Assembly (NCBI RefSeq): GCF_009914755.1
Contig: NC_060941.1
Source: the human T2T-CHM13v2.0 reference genome, Homo sapiens
Strand: one strand, 5' to 3'
Length of the DNA: 64,000 nucleotides
A model generated the notes under the pieces. The model had not been told where the DNA came from and did no database searches. It saw nothing but the letters and a program-made list of their open reading frames with translations. A program made the translations under genes and the position numbers. Shown one piece after another: positions 20,221 through 37,911 of the stretch (position 1 is its first letter; each line of letters begins with the position of its first letter).

Positions 20221-21559
20221 CATTCTCAGCGCTGACGACACAACAGTGACAAGTCAGGTCTCGGCCAGGATAACCCAGGATAATAAGCTAGATTGGCTGG
20301 GCCTAGTGGGCGGAGGCTATTTGAGCCAGAGTGGTCCTGGAAGACCTCGCTGAGGAGGTGACATGGGAGACCGGGATGGGGTTGGGGGGAGCCAGCCACA
20401 GGAAGACGGGGGAGGGGGTGTTCTACGCAGAGGAGACAGCCAGTGCAAAGGCCCTGGGGTGAAAACAAGTCTTCATGATTGAAAGATGGAGAGAGGGAGA
20501 CAACAGCTCCCAGGAACTGTTCGCCCCTGTGCCAGGGAAGGGTTAGTGGGCAGAGACCTGTCCCAGACTGGGGCTGGAGGACAGGAGGAGTGCAGAGACA
20601 GACCCCATGGGGACCCTCCTCCTGGGAACACACCCTAAGCTTCCTCAGAGGACCACAGAGACCCTGCTCTCAGACCTTGAGCTGTAGTGGGCGGAGTCCC
20701 CTCATGCCTGACCTGACCTGAGCTGTCACACCCACCCTCCTGGCCTGGGGATGAATTCGACTCCTTCCCAGCTGGTAAGAGCCAGTCCTGGGACTTCAGG
20801 AGTACCCTGGGCACGGTGTGCCGAGCTCTTGGAGTCCCTGGGTCCTGACTGGTCCCCATGAGGGGGTGAACCTGAGACGGATGAACAGCCAAGGTGGATG
20901 CAAGTCCTTCAGGCCATCAGCTGAACTTCAAACCCAACGGTACCTGAAGCTGAGCACACCCGGCTTACGTGAGCAAATTCCCTGCTGCCCCAGCCATGCT
21001 GCCAGCATCACAGGGCCAGACTGCAGGGCGCCTTCATCAGGCTGCCCCTACTCCCCTCGGAGCCTTCTCCGGAGCCCACCACCTGTCCCCAAGTCTGTTT
21101 TTCTGTCTTATAAGCTGTGTGGCTTTGGGTAAGTGATGTCAGCTCTCTGGGTCTGTTTTCCTATCTGTAAAGTGGAGGTCACGTAACCTCCATGAGGTCA
21201 CCGTGTCCAGCCCAGGCAAAGTGTGCAGGGTGCTTGCTACTCTGTGCACCTGGCTGTCATCACTACTCCAGGACAGTGGGATGGGTGGCTGCCACCAGCA
21301 GACTGGATCTGTGTGTTCGCTGCTCTGTCCAGTGTCAGTACAGGGCCTGATGCCTGGATGATCACAGGATGTTACCTCATCACAGCCCTCTGGGGGCCTC
21401 TGTGTCCTCAGATGTAGAAGGGCCTGGTGGGTCAGCAGTCCTCCCTCCCCTGAGCATGACACCCTGCCCCTGGCCCAGAGACAAGGGTCCCTCAAGGGGC
21501 CACAACCTTCCCCAAGTAGGAGGGGAGCTCACAGGTGTCATACACAATCTCCCACAACC

Positions 21560-22651
21560 TTTAGTCCTTTTTTTTTTTTTTAATTAAAACAGCAACCAGG
21601 TAACTGCCACAACCCATCAGGGAAAGGACCCGGGATGGGCAGTTGTTTTTTCAAAAAAATATATTTTCTTTTTTTAAAAACAACACCAAAGGAAACCCAT
21701 AGCCCCTGTCAAGCCAGTCCTCAGGGGAGAGTGAGCTGGAAGGCTCCCCCTGCACTTCTCTGAGCAGAGAACTTGGGCCCCTCCCACTGGACCCCAGCCT
21801 GAGCAGAGGGCAAGGCTCTGCCTGCTGGTACCCTAGGGGATGGGGGAGAAGCGATCAGCTCCAAACCATGCAAGAAAAACAAGCCAAACCCATAAAGCAA
21901 AAGAAAAAATCAACAGAGGATAAATTAAAAAAAAAACCGAAAAGGTGAATGACACCGATAACGGTGGCGGGCAGGACTGGGTGAGCCAGTGTGCCCCGCA
22001 GAGGCCCTGTTTGCCAGTGCCAAGGGAAGGCCTTGGGTGGCTCATGGCATCTCCCTCATGGGAGTCTTGAGGTATTCACACAACTCATCCCCTCTTGTGT
22101 ACCCCGCACCAAAGCCGGGATAGAGGTGTGGCCACCCTGGGCCAAAGTGTGCAAAGTCCATTCAGTCGAGAGATTAAAAAAATATACAACTTGGATGGCA
22201 TCCAGGCTGGGCAAGGCGGTGGCCCATCCACCCAGGTATGGGCGGCCCGCTGTGCAGGGGCAGCAGCATCCACAGGGGGCATTCAGGCCCCCTCAGTCCA
22301 GGATCTCAGCAGCTGGAGACGGGTCCTTGGAGCAGCAGGGAGAGGTGCTGGTGGGGCCGAGAAGGGCCTGGCTGGGAGCCCCGATGGTCTGCTTCTTTGG
22401 CACTTGGGACAAATGGCTCACCACAGAGCCAGGTGGGAGCAGCCCCCTCAGTTCCTCCCAGATGCCCTGGGCCAGGATGGCAGTAGCTTATGGTGTGGGT
22501 GAGCACTGCCCCCCCAGATGGGGATGTGGGGCTCTGGAGGGCCAGAGTGGGGTCCAAGGCCCGGCCCCTATGAGTCTTCTCCCAGGATCTCCTTCATGAA
22601 GGCAGCAATGTCCGTCTTCTTGGTTTTGTGCAAGGTGAAGAAGGGGTGCTC
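21560..22651 (-). pseudogene. MAP2K3: MAP2K3 exon 12: coding part 22568-22651 (E321-S347, TAG) plus ~1 kb 3'UTR
   Basis: Acceptor tcacccccag, EHPFFTLHKTKKTDIAAFMKEILGEDS*. Codon 339 is ATG (22595-22597). The 3' end is approximated from the polyA signal. Confidence 0.92.
21579..21584 (-). terminator. Candidate polyadenylation signal ATTAAA of the MAP2K3 3'UTR
   Basis: Minus strand reads gttttaATTAAAaaaa...ggactaaaggttgtgggagattgtgt, with a GT-rich element downstream. Confidence 0.6.
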
Positions 22652-23257
22652 CTGGGGGTGACAGAAGGCACAGTCACCATGGAGGGGTAGCGGGAGGGGG
22701 AGGTGGCCATTCCTCCCCAACCAGCTCCAGCCCAAGTGTTCTCCTGACTGGCAAAATCCTACTCATCCTTCTAGGACCTCCACCCCCAGGAGGCCCTCCA
22801 TGACTGTCACAGATGGCATTTGTGGCTCCTCCTCAGCTCTCTTGTGGTCACTCTCCAGCCACACTAACCTCGCTTTCCCCCCACACGTCAGGCCTCTGCC
22901 CATGCTGGACCTTCTGCTTGGGACAGCCTCTCCATCAGGAGATAACCCTTATTCATCCTTCCAGGCTCAGTTCAAATGGTACCTCCTCCATGAAGCCTTC
23001 CCTGATGCCACCCTTGGCCCCTCTGCCCCATTCTGTCACACACTGCCTGTGTACCCTTCCCAGGGCCTGGCATGCAGGAAGGAGGGAAGGAGCCATGTAT
23101 GCAGGAGCAAACAAATGACCGAGCACCTAAAGGAGAGAACACGGGGCCAGCCAGACGAGCTACCCATCTGTGTGCAGGATGCAGCCCTCTCCCCAGAGCC
23201 CCACCCAGCCCCAGCTAGCCCTGAAGAGCAGGGCAGGCACCTCCCGCCCATACTCAC

Positions 23258-23303
23258 CATGAGCTCCAGGTAGCTCATACGCTCTGCGGGGTTCTTCCTC
23301 AGG
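23258..23303 (-). pseudogene. MAP2K3: MAP2K3 exon 11 (46 nt)
   Basis: Acceptor ttctctcctag, C plus LRKNPAERMSYLELM, donor GTGAGT. Phase matches exon 10 (TG|C = Cys305). Confidence 0.95.
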
Positions 23304-23865
23304 CTAGGAGAGAATAGTACAGCTGTGGCCAGGCTGGCAGGGAGGAAGGAAGCCCAGCCCCCAAGGGCCAGCCAAACCACCCCAGGATTGCCCCAGGCCT
23401 GGCAGCAGGGGACACGTGCACCCATGGAAGAAGGGACAGGACTGTCCAGAGCTTCTTCCAGGGTGGAGGGGCATTCATAGGAGCAAACTAGAGACTTGCA
23501 GTGAGTTTCTCTGGCTCTTGGGGTCCTGGTTTTCTTGTCTGCATAGTGACCTAGGAATTTCCATATCAACACCAAAATGGGGTGCAATGCTCTTCCTAAC
23601 AGTCACACACTTGGTATCCTCAATCAGGAGAGAAACTCCTTATCATGGGTTCTGGGAGAGGTTAGTCCACAATTAAAGGGGTCAGACTGCCCAGGGACTC
23701 TGCTGGGCTCCTCTGTTGCTGATTATGGTCAACAATAAAAGTGCGGGGACCATGGGTGTGAGCCACCGCACCCGGCCGCTTCTTCCTTACCCAATTCTTG
23801 CTCTATTTAATTATGGTCAGAGAAGTTGCCCTCTTCCTTATTTCTTCTGTAACCTCAAACATGAT

Positions 23866-24162
23866 TTTTTTTTTTTTTGAGACAGTCTCACTCTGTCGCC
23901 CATGCTAGAGTGCAATGGCATGATCTCAGCTCAGGCTCACTGCAACCTCTGGCTCCCGGGATCAAGTGACTCTCCTGCTTCAGCCTCCTGAGTAGCTGGG
24001 ATTACAGGCATGCACCACCATGCCCGGCTAATTTTCCTATTTTTAGTAGAGTCGGGGTTTCACCATGTTGGTCAGGCTGGTCTCAAACTCCTGACCTTGG
24101 GATCCGCCTGCCTCGGCCTCCCAAAGTGCTGGGATTACAGGCATGAGCCACCGCGCCCGGCC
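23866..24162 (-). mobile_element. AluS in MAP2K3 intron 10, TSD CTCAAACATGATTTTT
   Basis: Reverse Alu with flanking direct repeat. Confidence 0.9.
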
Positions 24163-24515
24163 TCTCAAACATGATTTTTATAAGGCTCCTGTGGGGCATT
24201 CTTTAATTTGGTACAAAGTTCTAGATATCAGTAAAAGCAAACTTGTTTTTTGTGTTCAAATTTTCCATATACTTTTTTCTCTTTTTCAGTCTATCTGATT
24301 TGTCCACTTCTGGAAGAACTGTATTAAAATCTCCCACCAAGACCATCGTTTTGTCAAATGCTCCTCATGCTCCAGCTGTTTCTGCCTTACATATTTGGAT
24401 GCCAAGTCCTCTGGGGGTTTATTTGCTAAAGGAATAAAGGAACAGGGCCCAGGAAGGTGCAGGGACCTGGCTAGGGAGGGGCAGTGGCAGGCGCTCAGCA
24501 GCACCCAAGACTCAC

Positions 24516-24655
24516 CACTGAGCAGTGAAGTCCACAAACTCGGGGGAGAAATGGTCAGCTGGGAGCTGGGGTGACGGCTCCTCCACCACCTGCTTCAGCT
24601 GCTGGAACGGGGTCCCCCAGGACTCATAAGGGAACCGCAGGATGGCCATCTCAAT
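24516..24655 (-). pseudogene. MAP2K3: MAP2K3 exon 10 (140 nt, I259-C305 split codon)
   Basis: Acceptor tccctgctgcag, IEMAILRF...FTAQ plus TG, donor GTGAGT. Codon 293 is CAT (24551-24553). Confidence 0.96.
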
Positions 24656-25145
24656 CTGCAGCAGGGACAGGGGGGTCAGAGGCCCTGGCCCCAGATACAA
24701 CCACGCTCTGCACCCAGGAGCGAGGGTTGGGGGCTCCCACCCATCCTGGTACCAGAGCCAGGCGTCAAAGCTGCACAGCTGATCTCCCTACCACATCCCA
24801 GCAGAACAAAGGTGAGAAAGCCGGGGATGCCAGCTCTTAGCTCCTCTGACCCAGCCAGCAGGACCTAGCTCAGGAAGCAGATTCAGCCCACACCGGGATT
24901 GGTGGGACCATCATAGGGTTTTCAGAAAACCTGAATTCTGAAGATTTTATAAAACAATGCAGGTTCCGGCTGCTCTGGAAAAATCTGAGGAGCTGGCAAC
25001 TGTGGGCCGCCGCCTCATGAGCCAGGTGGGCAGGTCCCAGGTAGTCACAGCCAATCCCCTTCCTAACATCTGACCATCTCAGACTTCAGCATTTGCTGTC
25101 ATTAATTTGGGCTGCTGTTTTCACAGAGGAGGCACATGGGAAATG

Positions 25146-25147
<2 letters not shown>

Positions 25148-25180
<33 letters not shown>
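25148..25180. repeat. (AC)n microsatellite, ~16 units
   Basis: Directly visible. Confidence 0.95.
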
Positions 25181-25183
<3 letters not shown>

Positions 25184-26482
25184 CTGTCTCCAAGGCCGCG
25201 GACAGAGTGTGAGATCATGAGGCTGCTTCGCCTCTTCACCCGTGAGCCTGCAGCCTCATCTTCTGCAGGGCCCCAGCAGTTTCCCTCCTAGACAAGTGGC
25301 CTGTGTGGCCACATGTGCCCTGCTGCATCCAGATTTCCTGTGGGTGACATCGGGCCGGTGGGTCTCTGTCCTCGCTCCAAGCTCCCAGCCCTGTGGTTGG
25401 CAGGAAGTCATCATGGAAGGGACGGACTAGCTAGCTTACAACCAACTCTGGGCTCCAATCATGATGACTGGATGGAAAAAACAAGTCATGTCAGCCCTGG
25501 CCCCGGCCTGGAAGAACAGAGAATTCTGAGGCTCCAGCACAAGGGCCCTCACTGCCGGCCGTCATCACCATGATGAACGGAAGAGACCTCAGCACAAACA
25601 CTTGGCGCTGGCAACTGGAGCCCAGACAAGACCCTAAGGACTGTGCCGAGACTGTGCCTCCCATCAGGCTAGAGGCCCTTTCCAGCTCAGACAAACACAC
25701 CCACACAGGCAGGGCCCACTGCGTGTGTGTGCATGTGTGCACGCGTGTTCACAGGACAAAACTGTACTGATTTGGGAGGCTTTTCTCTTAGAATTTTCAC
25801 TGACTGCAATATGTAGAGCAAGTACCCCATACGAGCTACAAGAGAAGGACCAGCTGCCATGAGAGTTATAATTAGAAAAGCAGAAGTGTCCAAACCTTCA
25901 ACCTCGTACTCCTTTATTTTTTCTAAAGAGCTCAAAAAATGAAAAACAACAAAAATAGCCTCCGGGCACGAAGATGTGCCATATGGTGTCATCTGCCAGG
26001 AAATATTAAGAAACAGCCTGAATGTCCAGCGCCAGGGGCCGGCCCCACCATGGGGGCGGAGACCCAGCCAGGACCGTAGTCGCACCCCTGTGACTCCCCA
26101 GCGACAACACTAACAGGCCAGCACCCAGTCAGCACTTGCTCCTGGCCAAGGGCCATCCCCGGCATGACCCCTGTCTGTTCTGGGTGATTACCACTGGCAT
26201 CCTGAGGCTTGTGCAGTGAGTGGGAAAAAGCCAACGCCAAGAGAGCTCTGGGGCTCTTGCAGGATAGGGGGAGGCCGAGACCAGAGCCCCACCCAGGGGG
26301 ACTCTCCCGACTCTGTTTCACCAGTCACTCCCCCAGGATGGCTGAGAATTTGAAATGGAAGGAAAACATCAGGAACAAGGGAAACATCCCACATCAGCAG
26401 ACAGGGTGACTGAATGGTGGCAGATGGTTATGGAGTCTTTGGAAGGGATACACACAGGAGTCTATTATAATTTGGAGAAATT

Positions 26483-30720
<4,238 letters not shown>

Positions 30721-31628
30721 CCCCGCCAGCGCTTCTCACCACATCTTACTGATTTCATCTGATGGCCTCATCCCCAACACCAAACAGTCAAAGGGACTAG
30801 GGACACGCAGGAATGTCCTGGGCCAGGCTTCCCTGGGCAGGGAAGGAGCTGATGCCCAGGACACTCCATTGGTCCCAAGCCACTCAACTGGCCAAGGCCA
30901 CCAGCCTGAGCCCGACCTGCTGATGGCATCGTCCTTCCACGCGTCTCCTGCACAGCTTCCTAGCCCTGGCTGGGGGACACATCCTGGTGGTCTTCCCATC
31001 CCTCCAATCCACTGTCCACAGGGGAGCCAGAGCGGGCTCACCCACACCTTGACCTGAGCCCCAACATGGAAGGCATGGGGTTCTGCCAGGCAACTCCGGA
31101 AGCAACTGCTCTGGGCCCATCCGTACACCTGGACTTCTGCCACATCTGCCCTCACCCTACCCAAGCCAGGGATGCCTTTGGCTTCCGCAGGCCCAGGATT
31201 GAGAGCCCGCCCACCCTTTCTACCACCCCACCACAATGTACCAGGACGCCACCGACAACAAACCTTCTGCTATGAAATATTTTTGAAAAGATCTTTACCA
31301 TCTTGCTTTTGCATGATTTACATACCAGGAACTTACGTAATTTGGGATTGGCTGTGATTTCTCAACAAGCACCAAGAACTCCAGAGAAAGCCCTGTGGCC
31401 ACCATATCACAAAGCACCCAGGACTTCACGATGAGTGACCCTGACCCTAGGAGGTTCCCTTAAATAGATGGTAATTTCTGATGGCACATTTTCTTCTCAG
31501 ATTTTGAAGCCAATACTTCTTTCCAGAACCTAAACTATTTGATGAGTCCCCCAAAAGCTCAGGGCCCCAGGCACGGCTCCACCCACCCCACCTGACCACC
31601 AAGGGCAGGCCCCGGCCCCACACAGTAC

Positions 31629-31706
31629 CATGGTGATGCCCAGGCTCCAGACGTCAGACTTGACATTGTAGCCCTTCTGGTTCAGCTCTGGGTTGATCCT
31701 CTCAGG
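31629..31706 (-). pseudogene. MAP2K3: MAP2K3 exon 9 (78 nt, P233-M258)
   Basis: Acceptor cttccctcctgcag, 26 codons PERINPELNQKGYNVKSDVWSLGITM, donor GTACTG. Confidence 0.96.
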
Positions 31707-32203
31707 CTGCAGGAGGGAAGATTGAGGCGTGAACACCTGCCCCAGGTAAGCTCCCATGGCTAGGCCTTGCCTCCCAATCCCCAAACTGAGCGCTCAGCTT
31801 AGCCCACCTGCCCATGTGACGGGGGAGGAAACTGAGGCTAGGAGGGCCTGGGTCATGCTTAGAAGTCCCAACCCTTGCATCGGTCTGATGCTACCTGGGA
31901 GCAGGCCCCTAAGGCCCTCCTGACAATGAGGGCGGGGCGGGACCTGCACAGCCCACCAGTGTCCTCCGCAGAGGTGGTCCATGAGCTTATCACCCAACTG
32001 GGGCACTGTGGGGGTCAGTTAACAATGGGGTACAGAAGGGCTGCCCCTGGGCAGCAAGACACAGGTGGCCCCACTACAGTAGGAAATGCAGTGTGGGGAG
32101 GCTCTGCCCCTACGGACAGAGGGCATGGCCAGGGTGGCCAGCCTGGGCAGATCTCTCCCCGCCCCATCCTCTCCTGAGCCTGGGGGGCTTGGGGACCACT
32201 CAC

Positions 32204-32287
32204 GGCCATGTAGGGCTTGCAGCCGGCATCCATTGTCTTGGCCACAGAGTCCACCCAGTAGCCACTGATGCCAAAGTCACACATCTT
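32204..32287 (-). pseudogene. MAP2K3: MAP2K3 exon 8, 3' 84 nt only (K205-A232; DFG motif and activation loop S218/T222)
   Basis: AAG ATG TGT GAC TTT GGC ... TAC ATG GCC followed by donor GTGAGT (32203-32198). Similarity stops upstream of the K205 codon, where MKK3 has HV. Codon 215 is TGG (32255-32257). Confidence 0.95.
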
Positions 32288-34079
32288 ACACCTAGGCAAT
32301 ACCCATTAGCATCGCCTTCCTAAATCAGGGGAAATTGAGCCTCTGTAAGGTGGAGTAACTTCCTAAGATACAAAACTCAGCATTAAAGTCTGTATACTTC
32401 AATATCCTGCCCCCTTCTCATTTGTCTTTACTGCCTTTTATGTATGTGTTAGATGTTCAATAAATTCTCTTTTTTAAACTGAATTTAAGCCATGGAGCAG
32501 TGTTTTGTTGAACAATAAATATGATATAGGACACTGTTCCTCCCTTTCATTTATGATCCAGTTCATGAAAAAGAGAAATTCTTTCATTGTGCTAGAAGCT
32601 TAAAGTAATGAAAATGCCACTTTCTACATTACACAGAAACTGAAGGGAATCAAGGTGAATTGCATGAGACATAGAAAACAAGTGGGAAAGAAATCTAGCA
32701 TAATTTGCCCTTTGTGGACCTTTATTATTTAGCGTTTGAGTAGATGTTTCCCCCAAATATCTTCCCATCTTAATTCATGTCTATAAAGTAGACATTTATG
32801 TCTCACCTTGTCAAGAAGGACAAACTCTAACATAAACATTTCTCAAAAATGCTTCCTGCTAAAATGTAAGCTCAGTCTGGCTAGAAATTAAGCTCTCTTC
32901 ATAAAGATTAATTGGCAGCTAATCTGTGCATGCTGTTCTCTGAACTTGAGTGAAAGCTGTCCATCAGGCATACAGGGAATGACGGAAAAGGTGACAACAG
33001 AAGATGAATGCTATGTCACTAACCTTCAAAGATGACCTTCCTTTTCTTTCAAATTCTTGAAATCTTAAGACTTCATTAATTCATCTCTCTTTGCCCTTGG
33101 ATCAACATTGTGCTATACAAAATCTCATGTAAAACAATGATCTAATGTAATAAAAATGGCATTTTTCTTTCAAGCAGATGCAAGCTAACTGGCATTTTTA
33201 CAATTGACATATTTCCTTTGTCAATTTTTCATTCTGTATTGGAAGTAATTGATAGGTATTCCTGAAGGGATGAAGGTGTTTCTGTGTTCATTGTGATCCA
33301 AACTATTTTTAGACCTAGTGGCATTTGTAAAACAATTTGTGCCAGCTGACCAAGGACCACTGTGGCAGAAAGCAGCAAACTTGCGTAAGATGTCACTGCC
33401 TCATAAGTTGGCTTTGAAAACTAGGGGCTTACTCTATAGTCTTATGTATCAAAGACATTGATAGATGTAGTATAAGATTACAATCATATTTTCCTTTTGA
33501 CAGTCACATTATAAAGCATGATGTATTGCAATTAATCTCAATTAGCTGATCACAATTAAAATTAATAGTTTATTATTGCTGATAAACAATCATGACTCTC
33601 CTGTTCTCAAATGTGCAAGTAATTCTTGTAATTTTAATACAAATTTGCATATTATTACTAATTGATTTAATCTCATTGGATTTGGTTCATGGATCCAATT
33701 TATTAAAATATTAATAATGGGATAATGATTTGTCTGCCCATTTCATTTACACTAAAAGCCACAATTCTTACAATGGTCTGCAAGCCCATCATGATGTGCC
33801 GCATGTTAACCGCCAAAATTATTTTATATCTTCGCCCTTGATCTTACCAGTGGTCCTGGCCACCTCACTGTCCTCTGGACATGCCGACATGCTGCTGTCT
33901 TATGACCAAAACTCTAGTTAATTTCTTGGCTTGGAAAGATAGCCCTCCATATATCCATTGATCATTCAACTTCCTCAAGTCTTTACTGAAACCTCACATT
34001 CTCGATGAGACCTATTCAGTATTTCAAACTGCCTCCGAGCTGCAACATTCCAAAACCCCTTACTCTTCTGTGTATTTTT

Positions 34080-36600
34080 GAAAGCATTTATTGAGATATA
34101 ATTTACATAGTGTAGAGTGCACACATTAATGTCTACAAGTCAGTGGCTTTTAGTATATGCACAGATAAGTGGAGCCATCATCACAATGAATTTTAGAGCA
34201 TTTTCATCACTTCAAAAAGAAACCCCACCTTCTCTAGCTGTTAACCTCCTATGCACCCATCCCCTACTCAATCCTAAGCAACCACAAATCTGTTTTCTGT
34301 CTCTATAGATTTTCCTATTCTATTTTCATCTAAATAGAATCATACAATAGGTGGCCTTTTGTGCCTGGCTCCTTTCAGTTGGCATAATGCTATCAAGGTT
34401 CATGTACGTATTGGTACTTTATTTCTTTTTATAACTGTATAATATTCAATTTCATGGATATAACATTTTGTTTATCCAATAATATTTTTATTGACATTTG
34501 AGTTGTGCTCAGCCTTTGGCTATTGTAAATAGTGCTGCTAAAAATACTTGTGTACAATTTGTGTTTGAACACCTCTTTCCAATACTCTGGGGGTATACCT
34601 GGGAATAAATTTCTGGGTCATATGACAATTCTATGTTTAATATATTTAGAAGCCATCAAACTATTTTCCAAAGTGGCCAGTTCTAGCCATAGAGTATCTA
34701 ACTGTGGTTTTGATTTGTAGTTACTTGATGAGTGATGCTATTGTGTACTTTTTTATGGGATTATTGACCGTTCGTGTATCTTCTTGGGAAACACATCTAT
34801 TCCTATCATTTATCAGTTTTGAGTTGGGACATTTGTTACTGAGTTAAAACGATTTTTCTATATTCAAGATACATATATATACAGACATATAGATATGTGT
34901 TTTTCAAATATCTTCCCACAATTTTTGAGATGCCTTTGACTTGCTTGGTTGTCCTTTGAAACACCAATGTCTTTAATTTTTAAGAAATTTTAACTATCTA
35001 ATTTTTATTTTGTTGCTCATGTTTTTGGTGTTACAGCTATTTCTTTGCTAGATCCAATATCCTGAAGATTTTCCCATATGCTTTATTCTAGCTCTTGCAT
35101 GTATGTCTTTAATTCATTTGAGTTAATGTTTTTGTATGCTTTGGGGTAAGGGTTCGAATTTATTATTTTGCAAGTGGTGATCCACGTATATGTTGTTGAC
35201 CCAGTGTGTTCAAAGACTGTCTCTTCCTCATTGAATTGCACATGGCACCACTGTAAGAATCCATTGACTATAGATACATAGTTTTATATATGGACTCTCA
35301 ATTCTCTTCCATCAATCCATATATTTTTCCTTCATCAGTATTGTGTTATCTTGATTACTGATGCTTTGCTGTAAGGTTTGGAGCACGGAGGTGTGAATTA
35401 TCCTAATATGTTTTCTTTTTTCAAGACTATTTTGGCTATTTTGAGTCCCTTACAATTCCATGTGTATTTTAGAATCAGCTTGTCAGTTTCTAGACAGAAG
35501 TCTGTTGGGATACTTGCAGGGATTTCATCAAATCTGTAGTTCAAATTGTAAAGTACTACAATGTTAAATCTTCCAATTCATGGTTGTAAGATGTTTGCTA
35601 ACTATTTAGATCTTCTTTAAACAATAATTTTTAATTTTCAGAGTAAAATCTTGTATCACATTTTCCAAATTAATTATTATTTCTTTTTTTGATGCTATTG
35701 TACATTGAAGTGTTTTCTTAATTTCATTTTGGGGTTTTCATTGTAGATGTGTGCAATTGATTTTTGTACATTTATCTTCTATGCTGTAATATTGCTGAAA
35801 TAATTTACTAGTTCTATCGTTCAGTGGATTCCTTAAAATTTTCTATATACAAGAATGTTATTGGCAAAAAAAGTTTTATTTCTTCCTGTTCAATATGGGT
35901 GACTCTTATTTCTTTACTTGCCGATTTGTCCTGCATAAAATCTTTAGTACAGTGTTGACTAGAAGAGGTCAAAGTATGTATCTTATTCTTATCTCTAACC
36001 ATAGCGGGAAAGTATCCTTTCTTTCACCACTAAGTTGAATGTTTGCTGTTGGCTTTTCACAAGTGCCATGTATCTGGTGTAGAAAGTTCTCTATTCCTGG
36101 TTCATTGAGTTTTTATTTTTATTTGTAATCATTAAAGCATTTGGATTTTGTTAAATGTCTTTTCTGAATCTATTGAGATGATCATGCAATTCTTCTTTCT
36201 TATTCTGTGGATAAGATGTATTACCTTAATGGATTTTGGGCTGTTGAACCAACCTGGGATTACTAGTATAAATTTCACTTTGTCATATTGTGTAATTCTT
36301 TTATATGTTGCTAGATCTGATTTGTTAGTTTTTTTAAGGAATTTTGCATTTATACTTATTGTAGTTTTATTTTTCTATGCTATTTGGACTAACTTTTGTA
36401 TCAAGGTAACACTGGCCCCACAGAATAAATTGGGAAGTGAATATTTCTCTTTTTTAAAAAAGTTAGTCAAGAATTAATATCAATTAGTCAATACTAACAA
36501 ATATGATTAATATTATAAATTATTAATTTCTCTAATTTTTATTTTCTTCCTTCTGCTTGCTTTAGGTTTAGTTTGCTATTCTTTCCAGTGTCTTAATGTG
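34080..36600 (-). mobile_element. Old L1M (ORF2 3' part and 3'UTR), antisense
   Basis: T-rich strand with ttattgagatataatttacata, tttagaatcagcttgtca, ttgaaccaacct L1 motifs. Confidence 0.8.
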
Positions 36601-37569
36601 GAAGGTCATCTTATCTCATCCTTTCCTTTGTCTTTTCATTTTCTAAATCGTGTCTTTTTAGCATCAGGTGAGCTCCCCAGGTTGGTAGTACTCCATGTTT
36701 ATTGCTGTACAACAATGGCAGGTAATATGTCCTGAAGACAATGGAAACTTAACATTCAAATTCCTCCTAGATTCCACTTTATGTGATATGTCTCTTCCTT
36801 TGATTGGTCCTAATTTCTACCCTTTCTCTATTATAAACCATGAGTACAATGGCATTCAATGAGTTCTGTGAGTGTTTCTAGTAAATTCTTGAAACTCAGG
36901 GTGTTCTGGGGAAACCCCTGAACTGGCAGTTGGTGTCAAAAGTGAGAATCATCTTATATGGCCTCTTCCTTTGAACTTTGCAGCTGGACCCAAACTCTGC
37001 ACAATTTGGGCCAGAAGTCTCATGTTGACTTTGCAGCCTAAAGTATCTTGTAGTTTGTCTAACGCTCAATAAATTTGCTTTCATCAAATATTGTATTTGT
37101 TACCCCAAAATTACCATCATGTTTTTTTTACTCCAAATAACTAACATTGGGAGAAATAGCCAGCTGAATCTGTAACTCAACAGAAACAAGTGATCCATAT
37201 ACCATATAAGTGGCCATTTCATTTTGCCTCCTTCCACCAAATCTTAGCAACCTCAACCATTGCCATGAGCCACTGTAGGCCTACCGGCTACAAACAAACA
37301 AGTATCTTTTAAAAACACTTCACACTCCCATTTAATAAATTTCCCAGCAAAGAGATGCCTACTTTAACTCTATGCAAGTGGCTCATATTCGCGAAGTCTG
37401 GAGATATTATTCATGTAGTGTGAGAAAATCATCCCAGCGATGCCAGCACATTCTCCTTCCCATGATCTGCTAGGTTTGCAAACATGTTCAGGCCATAGGT
37501 GAGAGATTTGTATTTCACAGTACAACAATTTTAAGGAGGGCACTGAAACTTAGATTGAGCATTTTAGTA

Positions 37570-37911
37570 CAGTCACACATCACTAAATGATAGGGATACG
37601 TTCTAACAGATGCATCCATAGGCAATTTCATCGTTTTGTAAACATCACAGAGAATATTACAAACACCTAGATTGTACAGCTTACCACGTCTAGGTTATAT
37701 GGTATAGCCTCTCTCTCCTAGGCTACAAACCTGTGTGCTAGATTACTGTACTGAATACTGCAGGCAATAAGAACACAATGGTAAGAGTTTATGTATCTAA
37801 ATATACTTAAACATAGAAAAGTATGTAAAAATATGTATTATAATCTCATGGGACCACTTTTGTGTATGTAATCTGTCTTTGACTGAAATGTTATTATGCA
37901 TGACATGACTC
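37570..37911 (+). mobile_element. Tigger3a-type DNA transposon (TcMar-Tigger)
   Basis: TA|cagtcacacatcactaaatgatagggatacgttct ... ctcctaggctacaaacctgt ... gaaatgttattatgcatgacatgact, with degenerate terminal inverted repeats. Confidence 0.85.

Noticed and set aside
21991-22599. 202-aa plus-strand ORF
   Set aside because: Antisense to the GC-rich MAP2K3 3'UTR; no recognisable protein.
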